A stretch of 64,000 nucleotides of DNA from the NCBI GenBank assembly GCA_964016885.1, contig OZ024741.1, forward strand, positions 221,650,001 to 221,714,000. The letters run 5' to 3'. Made by a program: the position numbers and the translations under genes. The notes under the pieces are model-generated. The model was not told the DNA's origin. It did not search any database and saw nothing but the letters and a program-made list of their open reading frames with translations. Below, one piece after another: positions 26,400 to 40,449 of the stretch. Position 1 is the first letter of the stretch, and every line of letters begins with the position of its first letter. The DNA comes from Eledone cirrhosa. Its lineage: Eukaryota.

Positions 26400-29300
26400 A
26401 CTGAAGACACCCAGTCTGACCTGTAAAGTGGTCATGTTTCTGATATGACTGAAGACATCCAGCCTGACCTGTAAAGTGGTCATGTTCCTGATATGACTGA
26501 AGACACCCAGTCTGACCTGTAAAGTGGTCATGTTCCTGATATGACTGAAGACACCCAGCCTGACCTATAAAGTGGTCATGTTCCTGATATGACTGAAGAC
26601 ATCCAGCCTGACCTGTAAAGTGGTCATGTTTCTGATATGACTGAAGACACCCAGTCTGACCTGTAAAGTGGTCATGTTTCTGATATGACTGAAGACACCC
26701 AGTCTGACCTGTAAAGTGGTCATGTTTCTGATATGACTGAAGACACCCAGCCTGACCTGTAAAGTGGCCATGTTCCTGATATGACTGAAGACACCCAGTC
26801 TGACCTGTAAAGTGGCCATGTTCCTGATATGACTGAAGACACCCAGTCTGACCTGTAAAGTGGCCATGTTCCTGATATGACTGAAGACACCCAGTCTGAC
26901 CTGTAAAGTGGCCATGTTCCTGATATGACTGAAGACACCCAGTCTGACCTGTAAAGTGGCCATGTTCCTGATATGACTGAAGACACCCAGTCTGACCTGT
27001 AAAGTGGCCATGTTCCTGATATGACTGAAGACACCCAGCCTGACCTGTAAAGTGGTCATGTTCCTGATATGACTGAAGACACCCAGTCTGACCTGTAAAG
27101 TGGCCATGTTCCTGATATGACTGAAGACATCCAGTCTGACCTGTAAAGTGGCCATGTTCCTGATATGACTGAAGACACCCAGCCTGACCTGTAAAGTGGC
27201 CATGTTCCTGATATGACTGAAGACACCCAGTTTGACCTGTAAAGTGGCCATGTTTCTGATATGACTGAAGACACCCAGTCTGACCTGTAAAGTGGCCATG
27301 TTCCTGATATGATTGAAGACACCCAGCCTGACCTGTAAAGTGGCCATGTTCCTGATATGACTGAAGACACCCAGACTGACCTGTAAAGTGGTCATGTTCC
27401 TGATATGACTGAAGACACCCAGCCTGACCTGTAAAGTGGTCATGTTTCTGATATGACTGAAGACACCCAGTCTGACCTGTAAAGTGGTCATGTTTCTGAT
27501 ATGACTGAAGACATCCAGCCTGACCTGTAAAGTGGTCATGTTCCTGATATGACTGAAGACACCCAGTCTGACCTGTAAAGTGGTCATGTTCCTGATATGA
27601 CTGAAGACACCCAGCCTGACCTGTAAAGTGGTCATGTTCCTGATATGACTGAAGACACCCAGCCTGACCTGTAAAGTGGCCATGTTCCTGATATGACTGA
27701 AGACACCCAGCCTGACCTGTAAAGTGGTCATGTTTCTGATATGACTGAAGACATCCAGTCTGACCTGTAAAGTGGCCATGTTTCTGATATGACTGAAGAC
27801 ACCCAGTCTGACCTGTAAAGTGGTCATGTTTCTGATATGACTGAAGACACCCAGTCTGACCTGTAAAGTGGTCATGTTTCTGTTATGACTGAAGACACCC
27901 AGTCTGACCTGTAAAGTGGTCATGTTTCTGATATGACTGAAGACACCCAGCCTGACCTGTAAAGTGGCCATGTTCCTGATATGACTGAAGACACCCAGTC
28001 TGACCTGTAAAGTGGTCATGTTTCTGATATGACTGAAGACACCCAGCCTGACCTGTAAAGTGGCCATGTTCCTGATATGACTGAAGACACCCAGTCTGAC
28101 CTGTAAAGTGGTCAAGTTTCTGATATGACTAAAGACATCCAGCCTGACCTGTAAAGTGGTCATGTTCCTGATATGACTGAAGACATCCAGCCTGACCTGT
28201 AAAGTGGTCATGTTCCTGATACGACTGAAGACATCAATCCTGACCTGTAAAGTGGCCATGTTCCTGATATGACTGAAGACACCCAGCCTGACCTGTAAAG
28301 TGGCCATGTTCCTGATATGACTGAAGACATCCAGTCTGACCTGTAAAGTGGCCATGTTCCTGATATGACTGAAGACACCCAGCCTGACCTGTAAAGTGGT
28401 CATGTTTCTGATATGACTGAAGACATCCAGTCTGACCTGTAAAGTGGCCATGTTCCTGATATGACTGAAGACACCCAGCCTGACCTGTAAAGTGGCCATG
28501 TTCCTGATATGACTGAAGACACCCAGTCTGACCTGTAAAGTGGCCATGTTTCTGATATGACTGAAGACACCCAGTCTGACCTGTAAAGTGGCCATGTTCC
28601 TGATATGACTGAAGACACCCAGTCTGACCTGTAAAGTGGCCATGTTCCTGATATGACTGAAGACACCCAGCCTGACCTGTAAAGTGGTCATGTTTCTGAT
28701 ATGACTGAAGACATCCAGCCTGACCTGTAAAGTGGTCATGTTCCTGATATGACTGAAGACATCCAGCCTGACCTGTAAAGTGGCCATGTTCCTGATATGA
28801 CTGAAGACACCCAGTCTGACCTGTAAAGTGGTCATGTTCCTGATATGACTGAAGACATCCAGCCTGACCTGTAAAGTGGTCATGTTTCTGATATGACTGA
28901 AGACACCCAGTCTGACCTGTAAAGTGGTCATGTTTCTGATATGACTGAAGACACCCAGTCTGACCTGTAAAGTGGTCATGTTTCTGATATGACTGAAGAC
29001 ACCCAGCCTGACCTGTAAAGTGGCCATGTTCCTGATATGACTGAAGACACCCAGTCTGACCTGTAAAGTGGCCATGATCCTGATATGACTGAAGACACCC
29101 AGTCTGACCTGTAAAGTGGTCATGTTCCTGATATGACTGAAGACACCCAGTCTGACCTGTAAAGTGGCCATCTTCCTGATATGACTGAAGACACCCAGTC
29201 TGACCTGTAAAGTGGCCATGTTCCTGATATGACTGAAGACACCCAGTCTGACCTGCAAAGTGGCCATGTTCCTGATATGACTGAAGACACCCAGCCTGAC

Positions 29301-32300
29301 CTGTAAAGTGGTCATGTTCCTGATATGACTGAAGACACCCAGTCTGACCTGTAAAGTGGCCATGTTCCTGATATGACTGAAGACATCCAGTCTGACTTGT
29401 AAAGTGGCCATGTTCCTGATATGACTGAAGACACCCAGCCGACCTGTAAAGTGGCCATGTTCCTGATATGACTAAAGACACCCAGTCTGACCTGTAAAGT
29501 GGCCATGTTTCTGATATGACTGAAGACACCCAGTCTGACCTGTAAAGTGGCCATGTTCCTGATATGACTGAAGACACCCAGCCTGACCTGTAAAGTGGCC
29601 ATGTTCCTGATATGACTGAAGACACCCAGTCTGACCTGTAAAGTGGTCATGTTCCTGATATGACAGAAGACACCCTGCCTGACCTGTAAAGTGGTCATGT
29701 TTCTGATATGACTGAAGACACCCAGTCTGACCTGTAAAGTGGTCATGTTTCTGATATGACTGAAGACATCCAGCCTGACCTGTAAAGTGGTCATGTTCCT
29801 GATATGACTGAAGACACCCAGTCTGACCTGTAAAGTGGTCATGTTCCTGATAATTACTGAAGACACCCAGCCTGACCTCTAAAGTGGTCATGTTCCTGAT
29901 ATGACTGAAGACACCCAGCCTGACCTGTAAAGTGGCCATGTTCCTGATATGACTGAAGACACCCAGTCTGACCTGTAAAGTGGTCATGTTCCTGATATGA
30001 CTGAAGACACCCAGTCTGACCTGTAAAGTGGTCATGTTTCTGATATGACTGAAGACACCCAGTCTGACCTGTAAAGTGGTCAGGTTTCTGATATGACTGA
30101 AGACACCCAGTCTGACCTGTAAAGTGGTCATGTTTCTGATATGACTGAAGACACCCAGCCTGACCTGTAAAGTGGCCATGTTCCTGATATGACTGAAGAC
30201 ACCCAGTCTGACCTGTAAAGTGGCCATGTTCCTGAAATGACTGAAGACACCCAGTCTGACCTGTAAAGTGGCCATGTTCCTGATATGACTGAAGACACCC
30301 AGTCTGACCTGTAAAGTGGCCATGTTCCTGATATGACTGAAGACACCCAGCCTGACCTGTAAAGTGGTCATGTTCCTGATATGACTGAAGACACCCAGTC
30401 TGACCTGTAAAGTGGCCATGTTCCTGATATGACTGAAGACATCCAGTCTGACCTGTAAAGTGGCCGTGTTCCTGATATGACTGAAGACACCCAGCCTGAC
30501 CTGTAAAGTGGCCATGTTCCTGATATGACTGAAGACACCCAGTCTGACCTGTAAAGTGGTCATGTTTCTGATATGACTGAAGACACCCAGTCTGACCTGT
30601 AAAGTGGCCATGTTCCTGATATGACTGAAGACACCCAGTCTGACCTGTAAAGTGGCCATGTTCCTGAAATGACTGAAGACACCCAGTCCTACCTGTAAAG
30701 TGGCCATGTTCCTGATATGACTGAAGACACCCAGTCTGACCTGTAAAGTGGCCATGTTCCTGATATGACTGAAGACACCCAGTCTGACCTGTAAAGTGGC
30801 CATGTTTCTGATATGACTGAAGACACCCAGTCTGACCTGTAAAGTGGCCATGTTCCTGATATGACTGAAGACACCCAGCCTGACCTGTAAAGTGGCCATG
30901 TTCCTGATATGACTGAAGACACCCAGTCTGACCTGTAAAGTGGTCATGTTCCTGATATGACTGAAGACACTCAGCCTGACCTGTAAAGTGGTCATGTTTC
31001 TGATATGACTGAAGACACCCAGTCTGACCTGTAAAGTGGTCATGTTTCTGATATGACTGAAGACATCCAGCCTGACCTGTAAAGTGGTCATGTTCCTGAT
31101 ATGACTGAAGACACCCAGTCTGACCTGTAAAGTGGTCATGTTCCTGATATGACTGAAGACACCCAGCCTGACCTGTAAAGTGGTCATGTTCCTGATATGA
31201 CTGAAGACATCCAGCCTGACCTGTAAAGTGGTCATGTTTCTGATATGACTGAAGACACCCAGTCTGACCTGTAAAGTGGTCATGTTTCTGATATGACTGA
31301 AGACACCCAGTCTGACCTGTAAAGTGGTCATGTTTCTGATATGACTGAAGACACCCAGCCTGACCTGTAAAGTGGCCATGTTCCTGATATGACTGAAGAC
31401 ACCCAGTCTGACCTGTAAAGTGGCCATGTTCCTGATATGACTGAAGACACCCAGTCTGACCTGTAAATTGGCCATGTTCCTGATATGACTGAAGACACCC
31501 AGTCTGACCTGTAAAGTGGCCATGTTCCTCATATGACTGAAGACACCCAGTCTGACCTGTAAAGTGGCCATGTTCCTGATATGACTGAAGACACCCAGTC
31601 TGACCTGTAAAGTGGCCATGTTCCTGATATGACTGAAGACACCCAGCCTGACCTGTAAAGTGGTCATGTTCCTGATATGACTGAAGACACCCAGCCTGAC
31701 CTGTAAAGTGGCCATGTTCCTGATATGACTGAAGACACCCAGTCTGACCTGTAAAGTGGCCATGTTTCTGATATGACTGAAGACACCCAGTCTGACCTGT
31801 AAAGTGGCCATGTTCCTGATATGATTGAAGACACCCAGCCTGACCTGTAAAGTGGCCATGTTCCTGATATGACTGAAGACACCCAGCCTGACCTGTAAAG
31901 TGGTCATGTTTCTGATATGACTGAAGACACCCAGTCTGACCTGTAAAGTGGTCATGTTCCTGATATGACTGAAGACACCCAGTCTGACCTGTAAAGTGGT
32001 CATGTTCCTGATATGACTGAAGACACCCAGCCTGACCTGTAAAGTGGTCATGTTCCTGATATGACTGAAGACACCCAGCCTGACCTGTAAAGTGGCCATG
32101 TTCCTGATATGACTGAAGACACCCAGCCTGACCTGTAAAGTGGTCATGTTTCTGATATGACTGAAGACATCCAGTCTGACCTGTAAAGTGGCCATGTTTC
32201 TGATATGACTGAAGACACCCAGTCTGACCTGTAAAGTGGTCATGTTTCTGATATGACTGAAGACACCCAGTCTGACCTGTAAAGTGGTCATGTTTCTGTT

Positions 32301-35300
32301 ATGACTGAAGACACCCAGTCTGACCTGTAAAGTGGTCATGTTTCTGATATGACTGAAGACACCCAGCCTGACCTGTAAAGTGGCCATGTTCCTGATATGA
32401 CTGAAGACACCCAGTCTGACCTGTAAAGTGGTCATATTTCTGATATGACTGAAGACACCCAGTCTGACCTGTAAAGTGGTCATGTTTCTGTTATGACTGA
32501 AGACACCCAGTCTGACCTGTAAAGTGGTCATGTTTCTGATATGACTGAAGACACCCAGTCTGACCTGTAAAGTGGTCAGGTTACTGATATGACTGAAGAC
32601 ACCCAGTCTGACCTGTAAAGTGGTCATGTTTCTGATATGACTGAAGACACCCAGCCTGACCTGTAAAGTGGCCATGTTCCTGATATGACTGAAGACACCC
32701 AGTCTGACCTGTAAAGTGGCCATGTTCCTGAAATGACTGAAGACACCCAGTCCTACCTGTAAAGTGGCCATGTTCCTGATATGACTGAAGACACCCAGTC
32801 TGACCTGTAAAGTGGCCATGTTCCTGATATGACTGAAGACACCCAGTCTGACCTGTAAAGTGGCCATGTTCCTGATATGACTGAAGACACCCAGTCTGAC
32901 CTGTAAAGTGGCCATGTTCCTGATATGACTGAAGACATCCAGTCTGACCTGTGAAGTGGCCATGTTCCTGATATGACTGAAGACACCCAGCCTGACCTGT
33001 AAAGTGGCCATGTTCCTGATATGACTGAAGACACCCAGTCTGACCTGTAAAGTGGCCATGTTCCTGATATGACTGAAGACATCCAGCCTGACCTGTAAAG
33101 TGGCCATGTTCCTGATATGACTGAAGACATCCAGTCTGACCTGTGAAGTGGCCATGTTCCTGATATGACTGAAGACACCCAGTCTGACCTGTAAAGTGGC
33201 CATGTTCCTGATATGACTGAAGACACCCAGTCTGACCTGTAAAGTGGCCATGTTCCTGATATAACTGAAGACATCCAGCCTGACCTGTAAAGTGGCCATG
33301 TTCCTGATATGACTGAAGACACCCAGTCTGACCTGTAAAGTGGTCATGTTTCTGATATGACTGAAGACACCCAGTCTGACCTGTAAAGTGGCCATGTTCC
33401 TGATATGACTGAAGACACCCAGTCTGACCTGTAAAGTGGTCATGTTTCTGATATGACTGAAGACATCCAGCCTGACCTGTAAAGTGGTCATGTTCCTGAT
33501 ATGACTGAAGACACCCAGTCTGACCTGTAAAGTGGTCATGTTCCTGATATGACTGAAGACACCCAGCCTGACCTGTAAAGTGGTCATGTTCCTGATATGA
33601 CTGAAGACATCCAGCCTGACCTGTAAAGTGGTCATGTTTCTGATATGACTGAAGACACCCAGTCTGACCTGTAAAGTGGTCATGTTTCTGATATGACTGA
33701 AGACACCCAGTCTGACCTGTAAAGTGGTCATGTTTCTGATATGACTGAAGACACCCAGCCTGACCTGTAAAGTGGCCATGTTCCTGATATGACTGAAGAC
33801 ACCCAGTCTGACCTGTAAAGTGGCCATGTTCCTGATATGACTGAAGACACCCAGTCTGACCTGTAAAGTGGCCATGTTCCTGATATGACTGAAGACACCC
33901 AGTCTGACCTGTAAAGTGGCCATGTTCCTGATATGACTGAAGACACCCAGTCTGACCTGTAAAGTGGCCATGTTCCTGATATGACTGAAGACACCCAGTC
34001 TGACCTGTAAAGTGGCCATGTTCCTGATATGACTGAAGACACCCAGCCTGACCTGTAAAGTGGTCATGTTCCTGATATGACTGAAGACACCCAGTCTGAC
34101 CTGTAAAGTGGCCATGTTCCTGATATGACTGAAGACATCCAGTCTGACCTGTAAAGTGGCCATGTTCCTGATATGACTGAAGACACCCAGCCTGACCTGT
34201 AAAGTGGCCATGTTCCTGATATGACTGAAGACACCCAGTCTGACATGTAAAGTGGCCATGTTTCTGATATGACTGAAGACACCCAGTCTGACCTGTAAAG
34301 TGGCCATGTTCCTGATATGATTGAAGACACCCAGCCTGACCTGTAAAGTGGCCATGTTCCTGATATGACTGAAGACACCCAGACTGACCTGTAAAGTGGT
34401 CATGTTCCTGATATGACTGAAGACACCCAGCCTGACCTGTAAAGTGGTCATGTTTCTGATATGACTGAAGACACCCAGTCTGACCTGTAAAGTGGTCATG
34501 TTCCTGATATGACTGAAGACACCCAGTCTGACCTGTAAAGTGGTCATGTTCCTGATATGACTGAAGACACCCAGCCTGACCTGTAAAGTGGTCATGTTCC
34601 TGATATGACTGAAGACACCCAGCCTGACCTGTAAAGTGGCCATGTTCCTGATATGACTGAAGACACCCAGCCTGACCTGTAAAGTGGTCATGTTTCTGAT
34701 ATGACTGAAGACATCCAGTCTGACCTGTAAAGTGGCCATGTTTCTGATATGACTGAAGACACCCAGTCTGACCTGTAAAGTGGTCATGTTTCTGATATGA
34801 CTGAAGACACCCAGTCTGACCTGTAAAGTGGTCATGTTTCTGTTATGACTGAAGACACCCAGTCTGACCTGTAAAGTGGTCATGTTTCTGATATGACTGA
34901 AGACACCCAGCCTGACCTGTAAAGTGGCCATGTTCCTGATATGACTGAAGACACCCAGTCTGACCTGTAAAGTGGTCATGTTTCTGATATGAATGAAGAC
35001 ACCCAGCCTGACCTGTAAAGTGGCCATGTTCCTGATATGACTGAAGACACCCAGTCTGACCTGTAAAGTGGTCAAGTTTCTGATATGACTGAAGACATCC
35101 AGCCTGACCTGTAAAGTGGTCATGTTCCTGATATGACTGAAGACATCCAGCCTGACCTGTAAAGTGGTCATGTTCCTGATATGACTGAAGACATCAATCC
35201 TGACCTGTAAAGTGGCCATGTTCCTGATATGACTGAAGACACCCAGCCTGACCTGTAAAGTGGTCATGTTCCTGATATGACTGAAGACACCCAGTCTGAC

Positions 35301-37300
35301 CTGTAAAGTGGCCATGTTCCTGATATGACTGAAGACATCCAGTCTGACCTGTAAAGTGGCCATGTTCCTGATATGACTGAAGACACCCAGCCTGACCTGT
35401 AAAGTGGCCATGTTCCTGATATGACTGAAGACACCCAGTCTGACCTGTAAAGTGGCCATGTTTCTGATATGACTGAAGACACCCAGTCTGACCTGTAAAG
35501 TGGCCATGTTCCTGATATGACTGAAGACACCCAGTCTGACCTGTAAAGTGGCCATGTTCCTGATATGACTGAAGACACCCAGCCTGACCTGTAAAGTGGT
35601 CATGTTTCTGATATGACTGAAGACATCCAGCCTGACCTGTAAAGTGGTCATGTTCCTGATATGACTGAAGACATCCAGCCTGACCTGTAAAGTGGCCATG
35701 TTCCTGATATGACTGAAGACACCCAGTCTGACCTGTAAAGTGGTCATGTTCCTGATATGACTGAAGACATCCAGCCTGACCTGTAAAGTGGTCATGTTTC
35801 TGATATGACTGAAGACACCCAGTCTGACCTGTAAAGTGGTCATGTTTCTGATATGACTGAAGACACCCAGTCTGACCTGTAAAGTGGTCATGTTTCTGAT
35901 ATGACTGAAGACACCCAGCCTGACCTGTAAAGTGGCCATGTTCCTGATATGACTGAAGACACCCAGTCTGACCTGTAAAGTGGCCATGTTCCTGATATGA
36001 CTGAAGACACCCAGTCTGACCTGTAAAGTGGTCATGTTCCTGATATGACTGAAGACACCCAGTCTGACCTGTAAAGTGGCCATCTTCCTGATATGACTGA
36101 AGACACCCAGTCTGACCTGTAAAGTGGCCATGTTCCTGATATGACTGAAGACACCCAGTCTGACCTGCAAAGTGGCCATGTTCCTGATATGACTGAAGAC
36201 ACCCAGCCTGACCTGTAAAGTGGTCATGTTCCTGATATGACTGAAGACACCCAGTCTGACCTGTAAAGTGGCCATGTTCCTGATATGACTGAAGACATCC
36301 AGTCTGACCTGTAAAGTGGCCATGTTCCTGATATGACTGAAGACACCCAGCCGACCTGTAAAGTGGCCATGTTCCTGATATGACTGAAGACACCCAGTCT
36401 GACCTGTAAAGTGGCCATGTTTCTGATATGACTGAAGACACCCAGTCTGACCTGTAAAGTGGCCATGTTCCTGATATGACTGAAGACACCCAGCCTGACC
36501 TGTAAAGTGGCCATGTTCCTGATATGACTGAAGACACCCAGTCTGACCTGTAAAGTGGTCATGTTCCTGATATGACAGAAGACACCCAGCCTGACCTGTA
36601 AAGTGGTCATGTTTCTGATATGACTGAAGACACCCAGTCTGACCTGTAAAGTGGTCATGTTTCTGATATGACTGAAGACATCCAGCCTGACCTGTAAAGT
36701 GGTCATGTTCCTGATATGACTGAAGACACCCAGTCTGACCTGTAAAGTTGTCATGTTCCTGATATGACTGAAGACACCCAGCCTGACCTCTAAAGTGGTC
36801 ATGTTCCTGATATGACTGAAGACACCCAGCCTGACCTGTAAAGTGGCCATGTTCCTGAAATGACTGAAGACACCCAGTCTGACCTGTAAAGTGGTCATGT
36901 TCCTGATATGACTGAAGACACCCAGTCTGACCTGTAAAGTGGTCATGTTTCTGATATGACTGAAGACACCCAGTCTGACCTGTAAAGTGGTCAGGTTTCT
37001 GATATGACTGAAGACACCCAGCCTGACCTGTAAAGTGGTCATGTTTCTGATATGACTGAAGACACCCAGCCTGACCTGTAAAGTGGCCATGTTCCTGATA
37101 TGACTGAAGACACCCAGTCTGACCTGTAAAGTGGCCATGTTCCTGAAATGACTGAAGACACCCAGTCCTACCTGTAAAGTGGCCATGTTGCTGATATGAC
37201 TGAAGACACCCAGTCTGACCTGTAAAGTGGCCATGTTCCTGATATGACTGAAGACACCCAGTCTGACCTGTAAAGTGGCCATGTTCCTGATATGACTGAA
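26400..37300. repeat. Higher-order duplication within the satellite (offset 6.9-7.0 kb)
   Basis: Shared marker series at 26720/33728 and 27056/34064 (7008), CATCAATCC at 28234/35194 (6960), and a 1-bp deletion at 29440/36352 (6912). Boundaries approximate. Confidence 0.75.
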
Positions 37301-40300
37301 GACACCCAGCCTGACCTGTAAAGTGGTCATGTTCCTGATATGACTGAAGACACCCAGTCTGACCTGTAAAGTGGCCATGTTCCTGATATGACTGAAGACA
37401 TCCAGTCTGACCTGTAAAGTGGCCATGTTCCTGATATGACTGAAGACACCCAGCCTGACCTGTAAAGTGGCCATGTTCCTGATATGACTGAAGACACCCA
37501 GTCTGACCTGTAAAGTGGCCATGTTTCTGATATGACTGAAGACACCCAGTCTGACCTGTAAAGTGGCCATGTTCCTGATATGACTGAAGACACCCAGCCT
37601 GACCTGTAAAGTGGCCATGTTCCTGATATGACTGAAGACACCCAGTCTGACCTGTAAAGTGGTCATGTTCCTGATATGACTGAAGACACCCAGCCTGACC
37701 TGTAAAGTGGTCATGTTTCTGATATGACTGAAGACACCCAGTCTGACCTGTAAAGTGGTCATGTTTCTGATATGACTGAAGACATCCAGCCTGACCTGTA
37801 AAGTGGTCATGTTCCTGATATGACTGAAGACACCCAGTCTGACCTGTAAAGTGGTCATGTTCCTGATATGACTGAAGACACCCAGCCTGACCTGTAAAGT
37901 GGTCATGTTCCTGATATGACTGAAGACACCCAGCCTGACCTGTAAAGTGGCCATGTTCCTGATATGACTGAAGACACCCAGCCTGACCTGTAAAGTGGTC
38001 ATGTTTCTGATATGACTGAAGACATCCAGTCTGACCTGTAAAGTGGCCATGTTTCTGATATGACTGAAGACACCCAGTCTGACCTGTAAAGTGGTCATGT
38101 TTCTGATATGACTGAAGACACCCAGTCTGACCTGTAAAGTGGTCATGTTTCTGATATGACTGAAGACACCCAGTCTGACCTGTAAAGTGGCCATGTTCCT
38201 GATATGACTGAAGACACCCAGTCTGACCTGTAAAGTGGTCATGTTCCTGATATGACTGAAGACACCCAGTCTGACCTGTAAAGTGGTCATGTTCCTGATA
38301 TGACTGAAGACATCCAGCCTGACCTGTAAAGTGGTCATGTTTCTGATATGACTGAAGACACCCAGTCTGACCTGTAAAGTGGTCATGTTTCTGATATGAC
38401 TGAAGACACCCAGTCTGACCTGTAAAGTGGTCATGTTTCTGATATGACTGAAGACACCCAGCCTGACCTGTAAAGTGGCCATGTTCCTGATATGACTGAA
38501 GACACCCAGTCTGACCTGTAAAGTGGCCATGTTCCTGATATGACTGAAGACACCCAGTCTGACCTGTAAAGTGGCCATGTTCCTGATATGACTGAAGACA
38601 CCCAGTCTGACCTGTAAAGTGGCCATGTTCCTGATATGACTGAAGACACCCAGTCTGACCTGTAAAGTGGCCATGTTCCTGATATGACTGAAGACACCCA
38701 GTCTGACCTGTAAAGTGGCCATGTTCCTGATATGACTGAAGACACCCAGCCTGACCTGTAAAGTGGCCATGTTCCTGATATGACTGAAGACACCCAGCCT
38801 GACCTGTAAAGTGGTCATGTTTCTGATATGACTGAAGACATCCAGTCTGACCTGTAAAGTGGCCATGTTTCTGATATGACTGAAGACACCCAGTCTGACC
38901 TGTAAAGTGGTCATGTTTCTGATATGACTGAAGACACCCAGTCTGACCTGTAAAGTGGTCATGTTTCTGATATGACTGAAGACACCCAGCCTGACCTGTA
39001 AAGTGGCCATGTTCCTGATATGACTGAAGACACCCAGTCTGACCTGTAAAGTGGTCATGTTCCTGATATGACTGAAGACACCCAGTCTGACCTGTAAAGT
39101 GGTCATGTTCCTGATATGACTGAAGACATCCAGCCTGACCTGTAAAGTGGTCATGTTTCTGATATGACTGAAGACACCCAGTCTGACCTGTAAAGTGGTC
39201 ATGTTTCTGATATGACTGAAGACACCCAGTCTGACCTGTAAAGTGGTCATGTTTCTGATATGACTGAAGACACCCAGCCTGACCTGTAAAGTGGCCATGT
39301 TCCTGATATGACTGAAGACACCCAGTCTGACCTGTAAAGTGGCCATGTTCCTGATATGACTGAAGACACCCAGTCTGACCTGTAAAGTGGCCATGTTCCT
39401 GATATGACTGAAGACACCCAGTCTGACCTGTAAAGTGGCCATGTTTCTGATATGACTGAAGACACCCAGTCTGACCTGTAAAGTGGCCATGTTCCTGATA
39501 TGATTGAAGACACCCAGCCTGACCTGTAAAGTGGCCATGTTCCTGATATGACTGAAGACACCCAGACTGACCTGTAAAGTGGTCATGTTCCTGATATGAC
39601 TGAAGACACCCAGCCTGACCTGTAAAGTGGTCATGTTTCTGATATGACTGAAGACACCCAGTCTGACCTGTAAAGTGGTCATGTTTCTGATATGACTGAA
39701 GACATCCAGCCTGACCTGTAAAGTGGTCATGTTCCTGATATGACTGAAGACACCCAGTCTGACCTGTAAAGTGGTCATGTTCCTGATATGACTGAAGACA
39801 CCCAGCCTGACCTGTAAAGTGGTCATGTTCCTGATATGACTGAAGACACCCAGTCTGACCTGTAAAGTGGCCATGTTCCTGATATGACTGAAGACATCCA
39901 GTCTGACCTGTAAAGTGGCCATGTTCCTGATATGACTGAAGACACCCAGCCGACCTGTAAAGTGGCCATGTTCCTGATATGACTGAAGACACCCAGTCTG
40001 ACCTGTAAAGTGGCCATGTTTCTGATATGACTGAAGACACCCAGTCTGACCTGTAAAGTGGCCATGTTCCTGATATGACTGAAGACACCCAGCCTGACCT
40101 GTAAAGTGGCCATGTTCCTGATATGACTGAAGACACCCAGTCTGACCTGTAAAGTGGTCATGTTCCTGATATGACAGAAGACACCCAGCCTGACCTGTAA
40201 AGTGGTCATGTTTCTGATATGACTGAAGACACCCAGTCTGACCTGTAAAGTGGTCATGTTTCTGATATGACTGAAGACATCCAGCCTGACCTGTAAAGTG

Positions 40301-40449
40301 GTCATGTTCCTGATATGACTGAAGACACCCAATCTGACCTGTAAAGTGGTCATGTTCCTGATATGACTGAAGACACCCAGCCTGACCTCTAAAGTGGTCA
40401 TGTTCCTGATATGACTGAAGACACCCAGCCTGACCTGTAAAGTGGCCAT

